A stretch of 64,000 nucleotides of DNA from Balanoglossus misakiensis. Its lineage: Eukaryota; Animalia; Hemichordata. How positions within the stretch are numbered: position 1 is the stretch's first letter; the number at the start of each line of letters is the position of its first letter. The notes under the pieces were generated by a model, which was not told the DNA's origin, searched no databases, and was given only the letters and a program-made list of their open reading frames with translations. The position numbers were made by a program, and so were the translations under genes. Below are positions 55,267-64,000 of the stretch, piece after piece. Location of the stretch: the NCBI GenBank assembly GCA_040954595.2, contig CM082594.2, positions 6,964,840 through 7,028,839 on the forward strand, written 5' to 3'.

Positions 55267-55995
55267 GACCCGTGCATCTGCCCACACATGACTACAAAAA
55301 AAACTGTTAATAAAAGCTGCTTGGAAACCGGGGAGTGGGAAACAGCGCCATATATGGGCTGGCCATTAGCATAATCGCCTGAGAAGTGCCTGAGCGTGCG
55401 CGTCGTTAATGCTTGTTCAGGTGGTGGTGATGCGGACGAGGCCAAAAGCCTCTTTCGTAGGAGGTCCCGGCGACTACTGGTTTTGGCAACAACCGGTAGC
55501 GGTGGCAGAGGCCCTGCGGGAAATTTGCACGCAGACAATAATCTTCCGTATCGAAGAGTGGAGAAGTAATGAACTGCCTAACTTAACGCGGGCTAATAAG
55601 CCGTCGATGATGCCTCAAAGGTGCTGCTTATACAGGGCTCACAATTTAAGCATCTACAGCAGGTGGTTCTCTGCTCCATCTGATGTTTGAAAACTTTAAG
55701 AACAAAACCCATCTCCCCCGAGTTCTTATCCCCAACTCATTATCTTCAAAGTGTTGAAATATTCAAGATTTCATCATCAGTTGATAAAATAAACTGATAA
55801 ATACTAAATTAGTTGTAATCTCCCGAAGGAAAAAGGATAACGCTTTTCGGAATGGCTTTGCAACATTATTACTAGGGGGTCGAAGATGATAGAATATTGC
55901 AGATATTATTTTCCAGAGTAAAATTACATGATTAATGCTTCGATACAGGTACACTTGTAAAATCACTACCCCATGGCAAAATGGTGGCCTGCTCA

Positions 55996-56197
55996 TTAAT
56001 GTAATATCAGCAAATATAAAATGCTTGGAAACAAATCGATGGCGCTTGTATACAATTATTTTATTGTCAGTCTTTAATTGTCAAAATGGAAGCCATCTCG
56101 TTAATGTAATATCAGCAAATATAAAATGCTTGGAAACAAATCGATGGCGCTTGTATACAATTATTTTATTGTCAGTCTTTAATTGGCAAAATGGAAG
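55996..56197. repeat. 105-bp-period tandem duplication (97-bp core, 1 mismatch)
   Basis: 55996-56092 and 56101-56197 are identical except T/G at 56081/56186. A partial preceding unit (GGCAAAATGG) lies at about 55975. Confidence 0.95.
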
Positions 56198-59100
56198 ACT
56201 TCTCTACAATAGGCAAGGGACTATTTGCATAATATTCTAATTAATTTGATGTTTGGCAAACATCCAAGCATGTTAGTAGATATCAACAGAAGAAGCTGAG
56301 TCTTTATTAAGGAGATTAAGTGCAAATTAATGTTCTCAGTTAAATGAATCGCAATAAAAGGATTGGTTTGTGCGTGCAAAACACGCTTGTGCTCATAGAC
56401 AAGGACGGAATGGTCCATTTTTCACCTTTCACCCTTTCTTGAATCACCAAAAATCAATCATGACGATTAGTGTTACCCCATAAAATTGTGAATATCGTCT
56501 GCTGATTGGCTGCTTAGAAAGTGTCATCACTGAATGGTTTCCGATGACGTCACTCGAAAACCGGCGGTCACTAAAATAAGAATCTTGTTTGCGCTCCAGT
56601 GCGGTCGTTCTATACCAATTACAAGTTGAATAGTACAGTATGTTGGAGTCGGCTGTATACCTGTTTGTACTATGTTATTTAGCTTTAATAACCTCGATGG
56701 TTGCATGTTCATTTAGTGAAAATATATTAATTGATGACCTCTTGACTGATAATTTCAAAATTTGTTATTTTTCGAGTGATGAAATGAAGAATCACGCATG
56801 GGGGAATCGAATGAAATTGTTTTGCAGGAAACTTTGACACAGATACTGGACAAGAAGCCACTTTTTATTCTGTGGCGAATAAACACTGTTTATTGCGAAT
56901 CGCTGTACAATAGTTTCACCCATCTATACTGAAGCCAAGTTTTATTGATCATAAACGTTGAAACGAACGGTCACATGTCAGTTTGTTCGGAAATGACTAT
57001 TAAAACGCTAAATACGCAGTAATAGCCTGTGCGCTGAATAAGGGCAATCAGGAATCACCACCAAAGTGCGCTTTAGAAAATACTGTCAATGGGGTTTGCA
57101 ACGTTTAACTTTAGAAGACTTGCAAGTGTTGTTTTCTGATCGATTATCGCTTGTTTCCTGTGTCGTGGGGACATTTTCATTCGTAAATTATGAATGCGAC
57201 AGGTGAGGGGACGACGAACAGGAAAGGAATGTATGGTCCGCTGTGAAAACGGCTCTGAAGGATTGATAGGCCGCTCGCCTCAATTGAGGGTAAACAGAGT
57301 GTAATGTGTTTTCCCCAGGAAGTGCTTATGACGAGGTTTGCAAATCTTTGCCATGTCGGGTCAACAGGTCGCCATGTCGGAATACAGATATTGATTAATG
57401 CCGACACGTAAGATCACTTCGCATGTATCTTCAGCGCAATATTTGTAGGAAATATATCGCGAGGAGTGTTTCTTAGACGCCTTAGAGTTTGTAGAGCTTT
57501 AGCAAGAGGCATTCAGAATGCTAATTACACGTACTGCTTCCATGTACCTGATCACATCCTCTCTCAGTACACTTGTCGACCAAGAACCATTTACATTGCC
57601 ATCCACTTAAGTTCAAGTCATTCCACTCAAACACTATTCGACAAAACAACAACAGCTACTCTCGTTTTACGAGTCCCGTATACCCAGCGGCGAATTTGTG
57701 TGTGAGGGGTTACCCATTTAGTCGTTCGTTAAGGCACGCCATTAATTTACTTTATTATCTAAAAACATCTTCAAGGTTGAAATAAAAACCTACACTTATG
57801 ATTTATACAGCGCGTTAAAAATATTTAAATATTTTCGACGAAAGTCTCAATTAAATCTAAAAACACCTTTAAGAAGACGCAAAGTGATTGTTAGTTAAAA
57901 TCGAGTCCAAAATTGAGCTGTAATTTCAGGAATTGCCTGAAATTAAATGTTTCTTTGAAGTAGAAATTTTTGCCGTCGGAGAAGAGAGGGTAGGAAAAGT
58001 CTTTGTCACTGATTGGATTAATGGATTGTTTTAGAGACTGTAAAGAAGTCGCCTTTTTCATTTAGGTATTTTATGACCATTAATTTTATCTCTCGGACTT
58101 AATAGAAGCACCGTGCACTTAATAAACTTTACTGACTCAGAGACGGGAGATAAGGGTTCAAGAACATTTTAAAGAAAGCACTCTCATCTTTGTTGTGATA
58201 ACTGACCTTTTGCGCTTTTGAAAAACAAACACACAAGCTAACTTGTTTGACACAGTGCAAAACTGGCGATTTGCACTTATTTTCAGAATCACAAATACCT
58301 ACTGTTTAAATTCGTCTCGTGTACACAAGGACGATTCAAACTCACAACATGCCATGTAGTGTGGTTAAAATTGGGGAAAGGTACATTGTGGAAATCCCTA
58401 ATTGAAATTTGTGTGACATTCTTCAGTGCAAATTGACAGGAAAATGTGACATGAGATGTTTCCCATTTGCGAGCGATACATAAATTCACCTGGGTTTTCA
58501 TATATTCAATAAAACACAATTACGGAAACATTAGGAAATTGGCATCGTGATAAGGTAGTTCTCGTGCCCATACGCAAATAGTGTCTGAAATACTGACAAG
58601 CGATTATAGATCAACCAGCAACCGCCATGAACAACTGTCTTTGAACAATATTGAGTAGATGAATTAATATCATTCGGTGTAAAAGTTCTAAAACCAATAT
58701 TTGCACCGACACAACACTCTGCTTCTTAAAATATTTCATTTCATTTTTTTCCTCTGTGAATGTGAACGGTAAATTATCCGACTGACACATTCCAAACCGC
58801 TCACATAGTCACTACAAACACGCGCGTATGTACATCGAACGTCACGCGCGAATAAAAAATTAAACATCCGCAATCAGTGGCCAGGGACACGCGTCACTAT
58901 AATTAATCTCCTTCGAACAATTTCCAGCTTCTTCAAAAAGGAGTGTCTCACTAATTCCCACAAGAGGTATTTTCTGTCAAATCTCTATCGAGACCTCTTG
59001 AAACGAGAAAAAAAAATCTCGTTATAGTATTGGCGCTGGATAATACCTACTTCATATTGATCGATTGGGCGGAGCATGGCTTCCACTATAGCTCCGCTGC

Positions 59101-62100
59101 AAGATGTGAAAATCACGGTATCCGTTTCAAAAAACCACACACACGAGAGAGAATTCTTCGTCATGAATGACGTAAAAAAACGGATCTGGGGATTTACCGG
59201 TTCCATGAGAGCATGTCGAAAAAATACATGTTGAGTCGACAATTTATTGTAAATTGTGCTGTCGTCTGGACTAACAGTATCGTAATGCACACGATTAGTT
59301 ATTAATGTGAAAGAGAGCGTACAACCACCCATGGACTTCACTGTCATGTCGGGGCTGTGAGTTAGTTTTTAGAGTTGCTAAATGATAGAAATGTGAAGTC
59401 ATATCTACCAGCTAATATCATTAGGAACATACTAGTATCCATTTATTGGACTCAGAAATTGTAATAGCAAAACGATAATGAGATAAACATCATTTAAGGT
59501 TTTCTGCTTTCAAATCAGGCAAGCTTCTGGAATATAACACTTGATGATTTTGGTTTTGATTCTGGATGATTACTAGTATAATGAATTCGATGGCTCGAGG
59601 ATGAAAATACAATTTTGCGATCATAATATCGATCGTCGGTGGCCAAAAAAAGGGAAGCTATTTCGAATACATCCTGTGTGTTACGTCATGCATGTTGACT
59701 GTCACTATGGCAATCTCAGACATGTTTAAGGAGGGACGCTACTTAAGAGAAATGCATACATGAATTTCCTGATGCTTATTGCATATATTGATGTAGGCGT
59801 GTAACAGAAATTTGGGTGCCCACGTGGTTTTTTCGACTAGCCTGTGCAGCCAAAGCGCTGTAAGTGAACAAAATTTCATAATTAATTGCGCACATACACA
59901 AACACAAAGACATGAAATTCCGAGAGACACATACGTTGGTGACTTGATATCTTGAACATTGACTTGACTTTCAAACAACCAACACCTTGATTTTCATTAG
60001 GATGCGTGTCATTATTGTAATTCTGTGTAGTTTTTAAAAGAGTTAATGAACAGCCTGATTTCTCAAGAGATTTTCATTAAAAGTCACACTTGAAAAAAAA
60101 TGACGTTTCTCGGTAGCATTTCCTCAAATGCATGACTAATGCGAAGTATCAATCAGTCTCGTGGCTGAATGGCGCGAAAAGAGTTATGATTCAATTGACA
60201 CGGGTATTTTCCTAATCTTCTTTACCCATAACCTTTGCAAGCCGGAGTTGAAATTAATGGCGCAGCTTTGTTTTATTGCTGTGAAGACATCAGTAGAGCT
60301 CTGTTAAGTACCCTACGCAATCAGAATAAAGAATAATGGGGAGAAACTTGAAGTGGACACACAGTTTCTCGCAAAGAGACCAGGCATTTAACCAAGGGGT
60401 GCGTTGTTAAATGATTTTTCAAAACAAATATATATATAGGCTAACGTTGATTTGCTGCAGCAAGGATGCAGTGGTAGGGGACTGACTTGGAGAATAGAAA
60501 TGGCTTCACTTTGCAGTTTTCCTACAGTGTTAGCGAATGTGAATCATGACTGTGTAGATCAGAAAATAAGATAGCAATTCATCCAAAACGCATCTCTTCA
60601 GTTTTCCACAGCAGCGACCGATACTTCATCCAAACTGTGTGACGCAAACGGCCGAGGAGTCCACGGTCGCGGCGTGTGTTCTACCGTAATTAAATTTCTC
60701 AAGGTAATTTCATTTGCTGTCTAATCGCCACAGGGCCTGTCGTCTCCCATTTTGGGGCTCATCGTCTTTCCGGCGGAAAGGCTTATGGACCGTGAACGCA
60801 AACCCCGAACCACGTCACAGTCAGAGACACAGTAATCTCTTTCCGATCATGAGTTAACGCGAGGCGCACTGAACTTATAACCGAATTCCACAAACGCGAT
60901 TGACGTGCCAAGTTTCTATTGTCAGGGCGTTTAATGGTCATTGGCCCAAAATCCGATCAGATTTTGAGGTTTTATGTCGAAAAACACCCACAATTTTAAA
61001 GTGGTTGTGAAAAAGCTAACCTCGTGTGTCTGCTCCAGTCCTCTATTTCGAAATGAAAGCGGGATATGACGTCACGGATATCAAACACGACAAAACACGT
61101 ACGGTAGTCTTCACTCAGATTATTTCCGTCTCTTCTTTCAGAAGAAATCAAGAATGTCAATGTAAATTAAAACTGTCAAAAAAGTAATAATTTCTTTAAC
61201 TTCACTCTATCAAGTCTGCAAGATGACCACTGTATCGCGCCAGCGACTTTTGAAACAACAATCTTAAAATCATTGTAACCTTAATTGTAAAATACACATT
61301 AATACATGTAGGTAAGCTTAGAAATATTGCACGTTGTTTCTTTTTTTGAAAAAGAAGTGTGAAAATTGGTCGTTGTCGGTGTCGTTTGCTCGTACTAAAC
61401 ATTAATTTCTTACTGTTGTAGATTGTCACGAAATGTAATTACACAAATCGACGTTTTGTCGCGACGTACGTGACGCATGTTGTTTGTGTAAGGACTTGGT
61501 ATTTAATTTGATATTGAGTGTTGGCATCCAATTAAACAGGTGTAGTTGATGACGTCACGATTCAATTCATAGAGGGTCCCATGTCAGTAGTTCAGGCCGG
61601 CCACACTTTAGACCACGCAGTATCTGCATGTGCTAGACAAACGCAATCAGTTGAAATGTGCACGCACCACAGACACATTCTTCAATTCACGGTTGATCTG
61701 AAGACGTCTCGTGTAATTTGAAATCTGATACCTATAAACTATTCACACATTCAATTTTAATTTATGAATTGCAGCTCTTATATTACACAACGCTAAATTT
61801 TTTAAGGATGCCAATGGGATAAAGACAATCCGAATTATGTATAGTTTATGACAAATTGCTTATGGAAATGAATGAATGCCACTGAACTGGAAAGGAGAAA
61901 TGAACTTTGGGTGAAAATTGTGCGATGAATTTTTCACGTAGCCCTGGCTCTGCAAGGATCGCCACCCTCAGCTTATAACTTCCCGGTCAAATGAATGCTG
62001 CTTTACACACATGTCCTTCTGGTAACCATAGCCTGCGGCTTCGGTAAATATTTGATGGCGTTAAAGGGAGATTTGAGAGCTAATATTCCTTCGGAGACAT

Positions 62101-64000
62101 CCTCTCGCCGAGGAAACAAATCCCAGCATCAATTATTTCTGAAAATGGCTATCTCTGTCTGTCTGCTGCGTATTGTCCCATTGAAGACAAAGGGGGTTTA
62201 CAAGTAAAATGATTGCATTAAATGTTGTCAAAGTTTTGAATTAACGATGTCAGGGCTTCCCCCAGGTGATCGTGTCATTTCCGTCGTGTTTGTACTGAAG
62301 AAAAAACATAGTCCCTTTCGTTGCTGTGCTTCAAAAGAGGGTACGGGTATTAAAATTTTCAATTATCGGTGTAACTGAAAAGACGCGCGTCTTAAAGAAA
62401 ATGCTCTTCAGACAAATTTCCTACTAAGTCCAAATCGCCAGTTCGTTTAGTGTTAATATATATACCCACAGCGGATTACATTGACAGAGCTAGTGCGCGG
62501 AGTGCCGGGCGTATTACCTGTAGGTCGTTAGACTTGTTCCCGGGAGAGACATAATCACAAACACCGAATCCTTGGTATTACATGCCAATTAATTTTGTCC
62601 GTATATGGCATCTAGACACCCAAACGCGGTTCAAAAACATTTTTTGACTAAATTTGAGGATGCAATAACACGAGCAACGAACTAATAAACACAGGCGATG
62701 TGTTATCGTCAATTAATATGCCAATGTGGGTTATAAATTGTAAATAATAGGATTCTCTCAAGATGTAAACACCATGAATTCAAGCAATTCTCTTGAATGT
62801 TAATAACGTGCTATATCAACTATGAGATGTCATAGAATGGATGATATATTACTAATAAATGTCCCATGCACGTGTGCATGTATGTTGATTATGAAAGGTA
62901 AACTTATGCTTAGAATTTGTTATCGTTGTTAGTTGGTGTTTTGGGTCTTGGTGACATTTGCAGTTAACATACACTTTAGATAATTTCCGATGTGAAAATT
63001 CGGTCAATGAAACGAAATAACGACAGAGGAAGTGATCTAATTGATGAACCATGTTAACATACAAGAGCTGTCCGCCGTGAACTTGTTCTTTATACTGTTC
63101 AGGTACAGTCTGCTTCATCGGTTTTGTGGGTTACAGCAAGATATTTACCCTACATCTCTGTGCACATTCCGTCATTAATGTTAGTGAACTTCCTGAATTT
63201 GTTAAAACACCCTTCTTGAAAGAGATAATTTGTAGATGATTTGCCATAACCGACTCAGAAGGAAATGTAGACATTCTACTTTCTACGATACTCTGCTTTG
63301 AGGTGTCGTACGCCGCCGTCCAACAATTCTTTAAAAACAAACCTTTTCACCTACTTCCGATACTGAGGCGTATGTTTGTCGGCAGCAAAATTTTCAATTT
63401 CAGAAAAAGCATAACTAAAGGAGGTTATCTCACATGTTCATGTGTTTGGATATACATGTATATAGCGTTGGTGTGTATAGCTACGTACTATGTGTTTTCT
63501 CTACGTGCAAATCATTTTACAGATATTATATCCAGAGAAAATTTAAGAATTGTTGCGTACTTTGATGAAATGGTCTGACGGTCAGAGAGTCCTTGCTCCA
63601 TGAAAATGAATGTTTATAAGTTCTTATAGACATCTACTGTCTATGGTTCAGGCAACATAAAACAAATAAACAGGACATATACAAGACAATACAATGTACA
63701 TGTATTCCAATCAGTGAATCATACACTGTAATGTCATGCATTCATCTAATTGGGGCGAGCAGGAACTGCGTCATCTATACACCGACGCTATTTGCTTCTT
63801 GGGGAACAATCACGTTTGGATTTTTCACACGTCTGCAAGGCCTGTGCATAATTAATGCACTTGAAAATAACTTGTGTATATTGGACGGGGGAAGGCCCCC
63901 GAGCGCGATTGAAAAGGGGGCGAGGCTATTGTATCCTGTAAATATCTCTACAAAATCTTTCAGATATTACTTCGCGTGAAGTGGGGTTTTTATGAAAATT

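Noticed and set aside
57730-57740. TAAGGCACGC matching the miR-124 5' end, plus other short partial miRNA matches (e.g. near 15143, 38930, 43808)
   Set aside because: Matches stop after 10-12 nt and no hairpin partner is evident.

Overview
AT-rich, intron-rich animal genomic DNA with many tetranucleotide microsatellites and no operons or long ORFs. A marine invertebrate, possibly an ambulacrarian, is an inference only. Almost every ORF in the six-frame track is noise. Splicing by hand on the minus strand gives two short secreted-peptide (neuropeptide/hormone) precursor genes in tandem, about 25 kb apart, with the same architecture. Each has an exon with 44-49 nt of 5'UTR, a 21-aa signal peptide, peptide(s) and a dibasic site, then a phase-1 GT-AG intron. 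Each ends in a last exon with exactly 149 coding nt that encodes an in-register amphipathic helix, with AATAAA about 0.7 kb past the stop. Gene A (CDS 7438-7297 + 937-789, 96 aa): MESKAVFILFLFLSLVAVSHC|GLPCLDFWSEYCGRKPGY|KR|APAEKTDVSEKSAWEKFFKIAVARMVAERLADLQAPPYTLDSGEENSQEAMLKNF. Gene B (CDS 37221-37044 + 33204-33056, 108 aa): MHTATLGLMVALIAIVVCINA|QPNRDIFWRPGNDNDED|KR|GNHKLKYNQFHHIGI|GKR|ADKSATSPERNAELQKFLLPYVLQVLDSEMSRLSNSPDQQENKGLFAEDK. I cannot assign either mature peptide to a named family with confidence. A TATA-driven non-coding first exon at about 55.2 kb may belong to gene B. The intergenic DNA carries at least seven perfect CRE palindromes.
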